Source: Archaeoglobaceae archaeon (GTDB lineage: Archaea; Halobacteriota; Archaeoglobi; Archaeoglobales; Archaeoglobaceae). From it: a stretch of DNA of 44,377 nucleotides. Position 1 is the first letter of the stretch. Each line of letters begins with the position of its first letter. Below are positions 33,570 through 43,861 of this stretch, one piece after another. Under the pieces are notes generated by a model, which saw only the letters and a program-made list of their open reading frames with translations, was not told the DNA's origin and did not search any database. The stretch spans positions 1 to 44,377 of the forward strand of contig JAWAQR010000010.1 of assembly GCA_038893835.1 (NCBI GenBank). Reading direction: 5' to 3'. The position numbers and the translations under genes were made by a program.

Positions 33570-33608
33570 ACAGCAAAAAGCTTAATTCCTTCACAGAGTA
33601 TTTTTTGG

Positions 33609-34555
33609 ATGACGGAAGAAGTTGTTGACCTTGAGGATATCCCAGGCGTTGGATCGGAGACTGCAAAGAAGCTAAGGGAAGCGGGATTTACGACAATAGA
33701 GGCAATAGCGATCGCATCTCCTGCAGAAATATCGTCTATTGCGGGCATTGGTAAATCGAGTGCATTAAAGATAATCCAACACGCAAGAAAAATGGCGAGC
33801 ATTGGCGGTTTTGAAAGTGGCGATAAAGTGCTTGAGAGAAGGAGGAATGTGAAAAAGATAACCACAGGGAGCAAAGACCTCGACGCACTTTTTGGCGGAG
33901 GAATCGAGACTCAAGCGATAACTGAGCTCTTTGGAGAATTCGGTAGCGGTAAGACTCAGCTTTGTCATCAGCTTGCAGTTAACGTTCAGTTACCTGAAGA
34001 AAAAGGTGGCCTGAATGGTTGTGCAATAGTTATCGATACGGAGAACACTTTTCGTCTAGAAAGAGTGATCCAGATGGCGATGCAAAAAAGCTCGATCCAA
34101 ACGAAGTTCTGAGAAATATTTACGTTGCACAGGCCTACAACTCCAATCACCAAATGCTCCTTGTCGACAACGCAAAGGAGCTTGCGGAGAAGCTGAAGAA
34201 GGAGGGAAAACAGGTTAGACTTCTCATCGTGGACTCATTGACCTCGCACTTCAGAGCGGAATACGTTACAGACAGCAGAAGTTGAACAGACACATGCACG
34301 ATTTGATGAAATTCGGCGAACTCTTCAACGCCGCAGTACAAACCAAGTTATGGCTCGCCCAGATGTTATGTTCGGTGATCCGACGAAACCAGTCGGTGGA
34401 CATATTGTTGCGCACACCGCGACGTATCGTGTTTATTTGAAGAAGAGCAAAGGAGATCTTAGAATCGCAAGGCTTGTCGATTCTCCGCATTTGCCAGAAA
34501 GCGAGGTCGTGTTCAAGATAACTGAGCTGGAATTGAAGATGCGAGCAACAAATAA
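33609..34555 (+). pseudogene. radA: DNA repair recombinase RadA, frameshifted/deleted copy
   Basis: LEDIPGVG Hh[43 protein letters not shown] spread over several frames; GRGxLA segment missing. Confidence 0.9.
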
Positions 34556-35476
34556 CTATTCTGCGATTTTTTCGAAGACAGCGAGGTTTATTGCAATTTC
34601 CGCGATATCTGAAGAGTAGGCTAAAATTCGTTGAAATCCGTCGAGTATTGCTTTTACCAGTATAATCTCCTCTTTTTTGAAATTCATCAGCTTTCTCTGG
34701 TGCGAAATGAGATGTCTCCTCAAGGACTCAATCCTTTCGAGAACCTCTTCTGCAAAGTTGAGGTCCTTTTTCAGAAAACTCATGCATGCGGACTTGAAGA
34801 CGTGTGGGATCTCTTCCACAAATTTTAACTCAAGACTTTTTCCGAGGTTTAGAATGGATTCAGCCATCAGCTCGATGTGATCTGCAACTCTTTCGAGCGT
34901 TCTGGCGAAAGTTCTTAGAAAAACGTTCTCCTTTGCGAGGCGTAGAATTAGGAAGTGCAATCTGTCCACTTCGTCCTCCCGGGTTATTATCGAGCTTATG
35001 ACTTCACGCCTGTAGTTGAAAAGGCAACCTACGAGATCCAACAGCATTCCATGGCAGACTCGAAAAAGTTTCTCCGAGATGTCTTCAAGACTCATCTTGT
35101 CTGGGTCTATCTGTATGGAAAGTTCAATCTCATTACCGAGATCTTCAAGCACCTCTGCTCCGATCAATAGATCGGAAGCGAATGCAATCGCCCTTCTCTG
35201 CTCTTCGCTCGTTATTCTTATTTTCATCACATCGATGCCCGCGAGATAGTGCGCGATTATCCTCCTAACTACAGCATCGAAGCTAAGGTTTTCGCAGAAG
35301 AATTCGGCTTTTTTTGCTTTTTTCTCTCTCAAAAAGATTATTATCTTGTCCTTCTCTGTTTTGAGGTAAACATAGTCTCCTTCACGAACACCAAGGTTTT
35401 GGATCCAGCTTTTTGGCAAGGTCAGGATGTAACTTCCTCTTCCACTCTTGAAGATCTTTCTAGCTTCCATAGCCAT
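34556..35476 (-). CDS. AbrB-domain/PhoU phosphate uptake regulator
   Basis: [19 protein letters not shown] (AbrB), [30 protein letters not shown]. Confidence 0.88.
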   Translation of the reverse strand: MAMEARKIFKSGRGSYILTLPKSWIQNLGVREGDYVYLKTEKDKIIIFLREKKAKKAEFFCENLSFDAVVRRIIAHYLAGIDVMKIRITSEEQRRAIAFASDLLIGAEVLEDLGNEIELSIQIDPDKMSLEDISEKLFRVCHGMLLDLVGCLFNYRREVISSIITREDEVDRLHFLILRLAKENVFLRTFARTLERVADHIELMAESILNLGKSLELKFVEEIPHVFKSACMSFLKKDLNFAEEVLERIESLRRHLISHQRKLMNFKKEEIILVKAILDGFQRILAYSSDIAEIAINLAVFEKIAE

Positions 35477-35584
35477 GATATGTGAGTCATATATAATATT
35501 TTTCGCTCATAGAGATATATGTTCAAAAGATTTTATATGAGTAAAAAATATATCAAGTAAGCGAAAGTTGATATGGTGATGTGA

Positions 35585-36655
35585 ATGCGAAAGTGGGCAT
35601 TGGTACTCTTAGCGCTTGTGCTGTTGTTAGCGGGTTGTGCAACTCAGCCAAGCGGAGAAAAAGAGGTTAAAAAAGTGAAGATATACGGAAGCGGGGCAAG
35701 TTTTCCAGCACCACAGATATATGCGTGGATTTCGGAGTTTGAAAAGCAGAGAAAAGATATAACGGTGGAATATACAAGTAAAGGCTCAGGAGCTGGGATA
35801 AATGATTTTAAGCTGAAACTCGTTCACTTTGCCTGCAGCGATCCTCCTGCAAAAGAGTCTGAGTGGAGAGAATTTGAGAAGCTCGGAAAACCCTTGCAGT
35901 TCCCATTCATCGTCGGCGCTGTAGCGGTTGTTTACAACGTTCCGGGCGTTGAAGAGCTGAGATTAGATGGTGAGACGCTTGCTAAGATCTTTGCGGGCGA
36001 TATCGAGTTTTGGGATGATAATGCGATAAAAGCGCTGAACCCAGATGCAAGATTACCACATGAGAAAATTATCGTTATCCATCGAAGCGACTCGAGTGGA
36101 ACGACTGAGATCTTCACAAATTATCTTTCGATTGTCAGTGAAGACTTCAAACAAAAAGTCGGTGCAGGAAAACTCGTTGAGTGGCCAGTTGATAAACTTG
36201 GACGTGGCTATGGGGGAAAGGGCAACGAAGGTGTTTCTGCGATGCTGAAGCAGACGATGTATAGCATTGCTTACGTTGAGCTCGCTTATGCGTTGCATGA
36301 GAAATTCCCAATTGTAAGTTTGAAAAACAAAGCTGGGAAATTTGTACAGCCCACCGATGAGACAATTTCCTCGGCCATTGTTGCGACAAAAGCTTTCGTT
36401 CCCGATCCGAAGGAAGGATACAAGGAAGACTTGAAACAGTTCTTGAACGCTCCCGGAGAAAACAGCTACCCAATCGTTGCCTTCAGCCATGTTTTGCTAT
36501 GGGAGAGCTATGAGGACAAGGAGGTTGCAAGAGCAGTCAAGGACTTTTGGAAGTGGGTTTTGACGGACGGGAAGAAATACATGCTCGAGGGTTACGTAGC
36601 GTTGCCAGACGAGATAGTGAAATTGGCGCTGGATGCGATCGAGAAGATTTCTTAA
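35585..36655 (+). CDS. pstS: Phosphate ABC transporter substrate-binding lipoprotein
   Basis: LLAGC lipobox, GSGASF, GSGAG, RSDSSGTT, YPI. Confidence 0.95.
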   Translation: MRKWALVLLALVLLLAGCATQPSGEKEVKKVKIYGSGASFPAPQIYAWISEFEKQRKDITVEYTSKGSGAGINDFKLKLVHFACSDPPAKESEWREFEKLGKPLQFPFIVGAVAVVYNVPGVEELRLDGETLAKIFAGDIEFWDDNAIKALNPDARLPHEKIIVIHRSDSSGTTEIFTNYLSIVSEDFKQKVGAGKLVEWPVDKLGRGYGGKGNEGVSAMLKQTMYSIAYVELAYALHEKFPIVSLKNKAGKFVQPTDETISSAIVATKAFVPDPKEGYKEDLKQFLNAPGENSYPIVAFSHVLLWESYEDKEVARAVKDFWKWVLTDGKKYMLEGYVALPDEIVKLALDAIEKIS

Positions 36656-36661
36656 ATTTTT

Positions 36662-37570
36662 GTGATTCGTATGGACAGGTTTAAACTTCTCCTCCTTCCA
36701 GTGTGTGGAACTGTCTTGGGAATTCTCATGCTCATGCTCCTCGTTTTTGCGGTGAACTCAGCAGAAATCCTCGCAAGGCAAGGAATCGAGACATTCACTT
36801 CAAACGTTTGGATAGCTTCAGAAATTCCCGAGGAGGAGTTTTATGGTCTTCTCGCAGCGATATATGGAACGCTCTATACATCAATCCTCGCACTCATCTT
36901 AGCGCTCCCAACTTCGATTGCGCTCGCAGTATTCACGATCGACTTTGTTCCCCAAAAGGCTAGGGAAGCCCTCGTGATACCCGTCGATATAATGGCTGGT
37001 CTTCCTACAGTTTTGTATGGGCTTTGGGGCTTATTCGTTTTAGCACCACTCGTTGGGAATTTCGCACCCATTTTCTACGAAAAGCTCTCTTTCATACCAC
37101 TCTTCTCCTACTACAACTTCACGGGCTTCAGCTATCTCACTGCTTCGATTCTCCTTGCAATAATGGTCACACCTTTCGCTACTGCGATCATAAGGGAGGC
37201 GTATCGAACGATCCCAGCGACATACAGGGAAGCGGTTTATTCGCTCGGTTTAACAAGATACGAGGCGACAAAGGTTCTTTTGAGCTTCATAAAACCATCG
37301 ATCTTGGCGGGATCTCTTCTGGCTTTTGGGAGAGCTGTAGGAGAGACAGTTGCGGTGAGCCTTGTTGTTGGAAACACGTTCAATATTCACCCAAGTTTCT
37401 TCGCTCCCGGCTATACAATTTCCTCACTTCTTGCGAATCAATTCGGCAACGCATTCGTTTATCGCTACATGCCCTCGGCTTTGTTTTGTGCGGGGCTCGT
37501 TCTGTTCCTAATCGGTTTGCTCGTGAATATCGCAGGGGTTCTATTGCTCAGGAGGTGGAGGTATGTTTAG
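36662..37570 (+). CDS. pstC: Phosphate ABC transporter permease
   Basis: AGLPTVLYGLWG, GRAVGETVA. Confidence 0.94.
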   Translation: MIRMDRFKLLLLPVCGTVLGILMLMLLVFAVNSAEILARQGIETFTSNVWIASEIPEEEFYGLLAAIYGTLYTSILALILALPTSIALAVFTIDFVPQKAREALVIPVDIMAGLPTVLYGLWGLFVLAPLVGNFAPIFYEKLSFIPLFSYYNFTGFSYLTASILLAIMVTPFATAIIREAYRTIPATYREAVYSLGLTRYEATKVLLSFIKPSILAGSLLAFGRAVGETVAVSLVVGNTFNIHPSFFAPGYTISSLLANQFGNAFVYRYMPSALFCAGLVLFLIGLLVNIAGVLLLRRWRYV

Positions 37571-38396
37571 AAAATTGAAAGAAACCCTATTCATCGCGTA
37601 CGTGTGCATCTTTTCGATTATCGCATTGCTTCCGCTTGTCCACATAGTGTTCACAGTTTTCGCCAACGGTATTCCGGTGATTTTCCGTGGGGGAACAGAG
37701 TTTCTGACGCAGTCCCTTGCCCCTCCAGGGAAAGGTCTTGGTGGAATTTTCCCAGCAATATTTGGGACTTTTTTGCTCGTTTTTCTATCTTCTCTCATAG
37801 GAATTCCCATAGCAATTCTTACTGGAACCTTTATAGCAGAGTATCCAACCAGCGCTCTCAGCAAATCGGTAAGAGCTTTGCTTACAATCATGCTTGAGTT
37901 TCCAACGATCCTCGTCGGATTATTTGTCATGGCAATCCTCGTGATTCCGATGGGTAGCTTTTCAGCGATCGCAGCTTCGCTTGCGCTTGCGATAGTTATG
38001 CTCCCCTACGTCGCGACTTATACAGAACAAGCGTTGCGAAACGTTCCCCAGCATTACAAAGAGGGAGCCTACGCCCTCGGGCTCAGAAAGGCGAGGGTTG
38101 TTTTTTCAGTGTCGATGAGAATTGCAAGGAAAGGGGTTGTGACAGGGTTGCTGATTGGAGTTGCAAAGGTAAGCGGAGAGACAGCACCGTTGATATTCAC
38201 AGCAGGGAACGCTTGGCGTAGTGTTGGTGGAGTTTTTGAACCTGTTGGGGCAATTCCATTGTGGATTTACTACTTAGTCCAGCAACCATATGCAAACTAC
38301 CACGAAATAGCCTGGGGATCCGCTGCTGTTTTGCTGACGTTGTTTCTCGTTATCTTCATACCTTTGAGAATCTTAACGAGAGAGGTGAGAGTTTGA
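37563..38396 (+). CDS. pstA: Phosphate ABC transporter permease
   Basis: [21 protein letters not shown]. Confidence 0.94.
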   Translation: MFRKLKETLFIAYVCIFSIIALLPLVHIVFTVFANGIPVIFRGGTEFLTQSLAPPGKGLGGIFPAIFGTFLLVFLSSLIGIPIAILTGTFIAEYPTSALSKSVRALLTIMLEFPTILVGLFVMAILVIPMGSFSAIAASLALAIVMLPYVATYTEQALRNVPQHYKEGAYALGLRKARVVFSVSMRIARKGVVTGLLIGVAKVSGETAPLIFTAGNAWRSVGGVFEPVGAIPLWIYYLVQQPYANYHEIAWGSAAVLLTLFLVIFIPLRILTREVRV

Positions 38397-39145
38397 ACGC
38401 CATTGAAACGAGAAATCTGCGGATAAGCTATGGAAAAAACGAAGTCATCAAGGGAATAGATCTCGACATTCCGGAAAAGATTTGCTTCGCAATAATGGGC
38501 CCTTCTGGATGTGGGAAGTCTACTCTACTCAGAGCGTTCAATAGGTTGCTTGAGCTAAATCCAACTGCGAAAGTAAGTGGAGAGATAAGGTTTTTCGGGA
38601 AAAACATCTATGAGATGAGTGAACACGAGCTAAGGAGGCAGATAGGCATGGTATTTCAGATGCCAAATCCCTTTCCCCACATGAGCATCTTCGAAAACGT
38701 TGCCTATGCGGTGAAGTGCAATAGAATGGCGAAATCCAAAAAGGATTTGAGTGAAATCGTCGAGTGGGCTTTGAAAAAGAGTGCACTCTGGGATGAAGTC
38801 AAGGACAAACTTAAAGAAAAGGCAAGCAATTTGAGCGGTGGACAGATGCAGAGATTGTGCATAGCGAGGGCCTTGGCTTTGAAGCCGAAAGTCTTGCTCA
38901 TGGACGAACCCACTGCGAACCTCGATCCAATCTCTGCAGGAAAGATAGAGGAGCTTATACACGAGTTGAAGAAAGAGTATACAGTGGTGATCGTTACGCA
39001 CTCGCCTTCACAAGCCTCGAGAGTTGCAGATTACGTTGCTTTTTTGTATCTGGGCAATCTGATCGAAGTTGGGAAGCTCGAGGAGGTTTTTGAAAATCCG
39101 AAAAACGAGTTGACCGAAAAATTCCTCACGGGGAGGATGGGATGA
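38393..39145 (+). CDS. pstB: Phosphate ABC transporter ATPase
   Basis: [31 protein letters not shown]; TTG start at 38393 after GAGGTGA. Confidence 0.95.
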   Translation: MNAIETRNLRISYGKNEVIKGIDLDIPEKICFAIMGPSGCGKSTLLRAFNRLLELNPTAKVSGEIRFFGKNIYEMSEHELRRQIGMVFQMPNPFPHMSIFENVAYAVKCNRMAKSKKDLSEIVEWALKKSALWDEVKDKLKEKASNLSGGQMQRLCIARALALKPKVLLMDEPTANLDPISAGKIEELIHELKKEYTVVIVTHSPSQASRVADYVAFLYLGNLIEVGKLEEVFENPKNELTEKFLTGRMG

Positions 39146-39729
39146 AGGTTGTTGAAGAGCTGGAAAGTTTAAAATCTGAAATTTTAGAGATGCACAAAGT
39201 TGCGAGAGAGAGCGTTCGCCTTTGCTTCATAGCAATGAGAGGTCGTAGAGACGTAGTGAAAGAGATTTCGAGACTTGAAGAGAAAAGCGACAAAATGGAA
39301 GCAGACATTCACGATCACTGCGCAAGAATTCTCATCAGATTCCATCCTTTTGCAAGAGACTTCCGCTTTACAATGTCCGCTATTAGAATGTCGTCTGCTT
39401 ACGAAAGGATCGTTGACTTGGCTCAAGAAATAGCGATCTACGAGTGTAAGTTCAGGGAGAAAATTTTCGAGGCAGAATCTGCGCTGTTGAAGATGTTCGA
39501 TCTAATCCTCGAGGGTTATAGTGATTCGAAAAAGCTTCTTGAATTGTCAAAGCTCGACGATCTGGTCGATAAAGCCTACATCGAGGCGATGGAGGAAGTC
39601 GAGAGTAGCTTCGAGAGTGTGGATGAGATCCTTGCAATAAGGCACATCGAGAGAATTGGGGACATACTTTGCAAGATAGGCGCAAGGCTTTTGTATGCGA
39701 TCGAAGGTAATTGGGTATGGATAAAATGA
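39142..39729 (+). CDS. phoU: Phosphate transport regulator PhoU
   Basis: ExxxD / ERxxD tandem PhoU motifs. Confidence 0.9.
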   Translation: MKVVEELESLKSEILEMHKVARESVRLCFIAMRGRRDVVKEISRLEEKSDKMEADIHDHCARILIRFHPFARDFRFTMSAIRMSSAYERIVDLAQEIAIYECKFREKIFEAESALLKMFDLILEGYSDSKKLLELSKLDDLVDKAYIEAMEEVESSFESVDEILAIRHIERIGDILCKIGARLLYAIEGNWVWIK

Positions 39730-40115
39730 AAGTCCTTTTCGTTTGCATCCGAAACACTGCGAGGAGCGTTATTGCGGAGGCGATTTTCAACAGTGTTGCA
39801 AAGATTTGGAAAGCTGAGAGCGCTGGAATTGAGAAAGCCGAGAGAGTAGATGAAAATGTTGCGGAGTTTTTAAGAAGGAGAGGTCTGAAGCCAAAGGACA
39901 AGCCAAGGAGTATCGAAGAAGTAAATCTCGAAGACTACGATTTGATAGTAACAGTTTGCGAGGAGAGCAGTTGCGTTGTTTTGCCGACTTCGAAGAAAAT
40001 GATTCATTGGCACATCGAAGATGTTGCAGGCAAAGATTTTGCGACAATCGAAAAAGCGTTTAACGAGATAAAGAAGAAGGTCGAGGAGCTCGTGAGGGAA
40101 TTGGAGAGAAGTTAG
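39726..40115 (+). CDS. LMW-PTP family arsenate reductase/phosphatase
   Basis: VLFVCIRNTARS (CX5R), SAG, VTVC, HW..ED. Confidence 0.88.
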   Translation: MKVLFVCIRNTARSVIAEAIFNSVAKIWKAESAGIEKAERVDENVAEFLRRRGLKPKDKPRSIEEVNLEDYDLIVTVCEESSCVVLPTSKKMIHWHIEDVAGKDFATIEKAFNEIKKKVEELVRELERS

Positions 40116-40124
40116 CAAATTTTT

Positions 40125-40680
40125 TTATAAAACCTCCAGATAGTAATACTTTTCGTCCTCGAACTGTCTTCCAATCGTAACCTCGATCGGTTTTTTGAAA
40201 ATCGGTCCATCGACCACAATTGTATGGAACTCACCATTCTCTCCGCATGGGTCGGCGTTTTTCTTGAGGAGGTATTCTATCACTTCTTCATCGAATCTCC
40301 TGCCGAGTATGTCTTTGAAATTTTTACGCACAGCGATTACGATTGCGTTGAACTCTCTCGCGATATCTTCTGCGAGCTTTTTGGTGTTTTCACCCCAAAG
40401 CGGAAATATCGCTTCGATTCCAAGCTCCTTGCAAACTCTCTCGATCCAATTCCGGTGATGCTCAAGATATATGTCCCCAAAGACGACTTTCTCAGCTTCA
40501 TTGGATATGAAAACGCTCTTTAGAATCTCCTCGAAATTTTCATCGTATCTGCCAAAAACGATCTCAATTCCCATTGCTTCGCTTTGCCTTCTTAGGATAC
40601 TTTCCTTTAGCCTATGCGCCCTCGTTTCACCGTTTTTGATCATACAAACGAGCCTGTCAATTTTGTAGAGCTTTGAAGCT
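40125..40680 (-). pseudogene. Diphthine-ammonia ligase/DUF71 PP-loop ATPase, N-terminally truncated
   Basis: GDIYLEHH, FPLW, DPCGENGEFHT.V.DGP present; SGGKDS PP-loop absent, frame closed by a stop inside the glnA tail. Confidence 0.72.
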
Positions 40681-42107
40681 CATGTATTCCCAGAGCGTTA
40701 TGTACAAACAGAACTGATTCCATTCCTCGATCTTTAGCTCCATAAACGCATCGAATATATGACGCCCAAGCACCTTCTGTAAAACTTCATCGCTCGCCAA
40801 GTGATCTAAAGCGTCCCTCAAAGTCGTTGGTAGCTCTCCTATGCCGAGTTCTCTCTTCTCTTTTGGCGAAAGTTCGTAAACATCGACCATCACTGGATCT
40901 CCGGGATCTATCTTCTTCTTTATGCCATCCAGTCCAGCTGCGAGTTGTGCTGAAATGGCTAAGTAGGGATTGCAACTCGGATCTGCGCCACGATACTCGA
41001 CCCTTATTGCGGAGGGCTTTTTTTGATACATTGGAACTCTTACAAGCGCAGATCGATTTCTTGGGCTCCAGCATATGTTTATCGGTGCCTCAAATCCTGG
41101 CACAAGGCGTTTATAGCTGTTTACCGTTGGACAGCAGATCGCAGTAAGCGCTTTTGCATGTTCGAGCAATCCGCCTATGTAGTAGCGGGCTTTCTGGCTT
41201 AGCATAAATTCGTCGTTTGGATCTGCAAAAAGAGCTTCACCTTTGAATGGTTCCCCTTTCCAAAGGCTTTGGTGAGTGTGCATACCACTTGCGTTGTCCA
41301 GATAGATCGGCTTAGGCATGAAAGTCGCTATAAGGCCGTGTTTCTTTGCGATGTTTTTTGCAGATAACTTGTATAAGTAGAAAGCATCACCAACCGCGGT
41401 TAATTGCTTTGGCTTAAAGTCAAGCTCTATTTGTCCCGGGGTTGCAACTTCGTGGTGGTGGTATTCAACCATTACACCAAGCTGTTCCAGATTGTAGACA
41501 AGCTCGTTTCTGTACTCAACGGTCGTATCCTCTGGTGGAGCTCTAAAATAGCCTTCTTTGGGGCGAATGATGTAACCATTGCTCAGCTCATCGCTGAAAG
41601 GCAGAATCCTTGGAGCTCCCCAGCTGTCTCCAGCTCCGCCATTTGGAGAAGTCCATAGGTCCCAGACAAGGTTTCTGAAATCCACGCCTTTAAAAACGAA
41701 GAACTCTATCTCTGGGCCAAAGATCGCGGTCATTCCTTGGCTTTCGAGCTCTTTTTCAACCCCCTTCGCAACGTATCCACGGGGATCGCATTCAGCAACT
41801 CTCGTTGCCCACGCTTCGTGGACATCGCCGAACATTATTGCGGACCTTTGAATCGCATCGCTAATCCAAGGGATAACTCGAAGCGTTTTTGGATCCGGAA
41901 CCCAGAGCATGTCGCTTTGATCGATGCTCTTGAATCCACGGATCGAGGAACCGTCGAAACCAATTCCTTCGAAGGCATTTCCATCTATGAACTCTCTTGC
42001 TGGAATCGAGAACGTCATTAAATAGCCACGAACATCGCTAATGCACAGAAAACTTGTCGAATTTTGTTCTCCTTCAGAATAGCCTTTGCTTTCTCGATCT
42101 CATTCAT
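40657..42107 (-). pseudogene. glnA: Type I glutamine synthetase with N-terminal frameshift and altered C-terminus
   Basis: FDGSS, GPEIEFF, HHEV, ATFMPKP, NSYKRLVPGFEAP, RVEYR; real start MNEIEKAK at 42107 (AGGTGAT RBS) is out of frame near 42040. Confidence 0.85.
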
Positions 42108-42269
42108 CGAATCACCTTTCAGCGCTTTTGAGATATACTATATAATCTTTTCTGTTTTTGGCAAAAACTTGAAAAAACTTCAAATCTTTATGCTAATTTT
42201 AAAAATTCTTCAAACAGTTGCGATTCTGTTCTAGAAGTTTCGTTCGAGCAAAAAATTGTAGAATTGGAT

Positions 42270-43673
42270 TTAACGCTTCTTGGCGAGGTAAAACGAAACA
42301 ACACCTAAAGCGATAAAGGCAACCGCGATCACAAGGAAAACATTCGTGTCTGAACGCGCGCTTTTTTGAGTTACACTCTGCTGCGGGGTTTTTGTTTCAT
42401 CCAACCTTGAATACTCTATTGCTGGTTTTGCTTTTTCCTCGACGTTAACTCGTAACGTCAACTGGTTGTTTTTCTTGCTCAGCTCCGTGAACTCGTTTTC
42501 TGGATCTAAAACTACTTGGAGTAACAGAGAGCCGGACTCGGTTGGTGTCCATGGCAAATAGACAGTTGTGGACTCTTTTGCGTTCAGAGTCACTCTTTTT
42601 GAGGAAATTAGCTCATCTCCATAGTGGCGCAGATAAAGAGATACTGAGAAGTTTTCAGCTCTCGCGTTTCCATTGTTTGCTATTTTGACTGCAATCTCAT
42701 AGCTTTCGTTAATAAAAATCTTCTCTGGAACTGAGACGTTGACTAAAGCGAGATCTGGGATTTGGAAGTCGATCGAAACGGTGGGTTCATTGTTGTCGAT
42801 GTTGGACTCCACAATCGCACTCTCAACGATCGCCTTTAAAGCATAGTTTCTCACGACGTATGGTCTCCAGTTAAACTCCACAACCACATCGGATTGCGAG
42901 GGCAACTCTCTTATCATCTTTTTACCTATTATGGTGGTTTTGTTCTGATCTGTGACGTATAGAGACACGAGCACGTTTTTCGCCTTTATGTAGCTTCCAA
43001 GGTTTGAAACCGTGACTCTTATCTTGTTATCCTCTCCTACAACAATTTTCTCAAAATCCAAAGCTTTGATCGCAAGGTCGACACCGTAGGGAGCGGCAAG
43101 TGGAAACATGTCCATATCGGAAAAAGTCATGGAGTATAGATCGTCACAAACGCCGTCTCGGTTCCAGTCGTTACAGCTGTTCTTGTCCCAGAAATTCCCA
43201 AGATATCCTTTACGATCGCCGTTGTAGTAGTATTTGATCATTTCCTTTGAGAACATTGTCATCGACTTTTGCGAAAAAACGTCTTTTACATTATTTTCGA
43301 ACGTGTTCAGCCAAAACCGCACTTCAAGCGATCTTTCAACCTTGATTCCGAGTTCGTTGTTCGCTATTCTGTTCTTCTGCACATCGCAGAATCCCACAGC
43401 ATCGAGCTGAATTCCAACTTTATTCTCTTCTATGGCGTTTTCGGAGATCTCGCAGTCTTTGGCGTATGCAAATCTTATCCCCTCGCTCCCACCTTTGATC
43501 TTAAAGCCAACGATCTTCACAGAGATCTCAGAATCAAAGGAGCCCTCAGCTTTAATTGCTGGAAGACTTTGGTCTTTTGCTTTTATAATCGTTGAAATGG
43601 CACCATTTTCGGATTTTAGGATGATGGATTTGTTTATAATCAAATTCTCCTCGTATATTCCCGATTTGACCAA
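42270..43673 (-). CDS. Cell-surface protein: NosD-like beta-helix + two CARDB domains + C-terminal anchor, apparently 5'-truncated
   Basis: GIYEEN, GNFWD, D.DGV.D; two DL...V.N.G...E....NN CARDB units; TM + KKR tail; no signal peptide. Confidence 0.75.
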   Translation of the reverse strand: MVKSGIYEENLIINKSIILKSENGAISTIIKAKDQSLPAIKAEGSFDSEISVKIVGFKIKGGSEGIRFAYAKDCEISENAIEENKVGIQLDAVGFCDVQKNRIANNELGIKVERSLEVRFWLNTFENNVKDVFSQKSMTMFSKEMIKYYYNGDRKGYLGNFWDKNSCNDWNRDGVCDDLYSMTFSDMDMFPLAAPYGVDLAIKALDFEKIVVGEDNKIRVTVSNLGSYIKAKNVLVSLYVTDQNKTTIIGKKMIRELPSQSDVVVEFNWRPYVVRNYALKAIVESAIVESNIDNNEPTVSIDFQIPDLALVNVSVPEKIFINESYEIAVKIANNGNARAENFSVSLYLRHYGDELISSKRVTLNAKESTTVYLPWTPTESGSLLLQVVLDPENEFTELSKKNNQLTLRVNVEEKAKPAIEYSRLDETKTPQQSVTQKSARSDTNVFLVIAVAFIALGVVSFYLAKKR

Positions 43674-43750
43674 TATAAGATTTTGCCTTTAAAGCATGAA
43701 AGAGTTGTGTTAAGGAGAAAAAGTTTTTTAACATCTCTTCGATTTTCTGC

Positions 43751-43861
43751 ATGGAGAAGTTTAAGAAACTGCTCGAGCACTGATAGAGCACAACGAAGAG
43801 CACATTGAAACCTACAAGAAATGGACAAACGACATCAAAGGAAATGCATCGGAGTTGCTTA
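43751..43861 (+). pseudogene. Truncated small His-rich protein (LLEHWIEHNEEH type)
   Basis: MEKFKKLLEH then a 1-nt deletion (TG-ATA) gives IEHNEEHIETYKKWTNDIKGNASELL, which runs directly into the CRISPR repeat. Confidence 0.6.

Noticed and set aside
28840-33600. Integrase, transposase or att sites bounding the toxin block
   Set aside because: No recombinase ORF, terminal inverted repeat or tRNA-end duplication recognised in the window.
39711-39730. GGATAAAATGA junction as a toxin-cassette-specific signal
   Set aside because: The same 11-mer occurs at the phoU-arsC junction, so it is a generic translational-coupling sequence.
43782-43811. ATTGAAAC-ending stretch as a second or degenerate CRISPR repeat
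   Set aside because: Single copy, opposite orientation to the array, and explained as codons (EHIET) of the truncated His-rich ORF.
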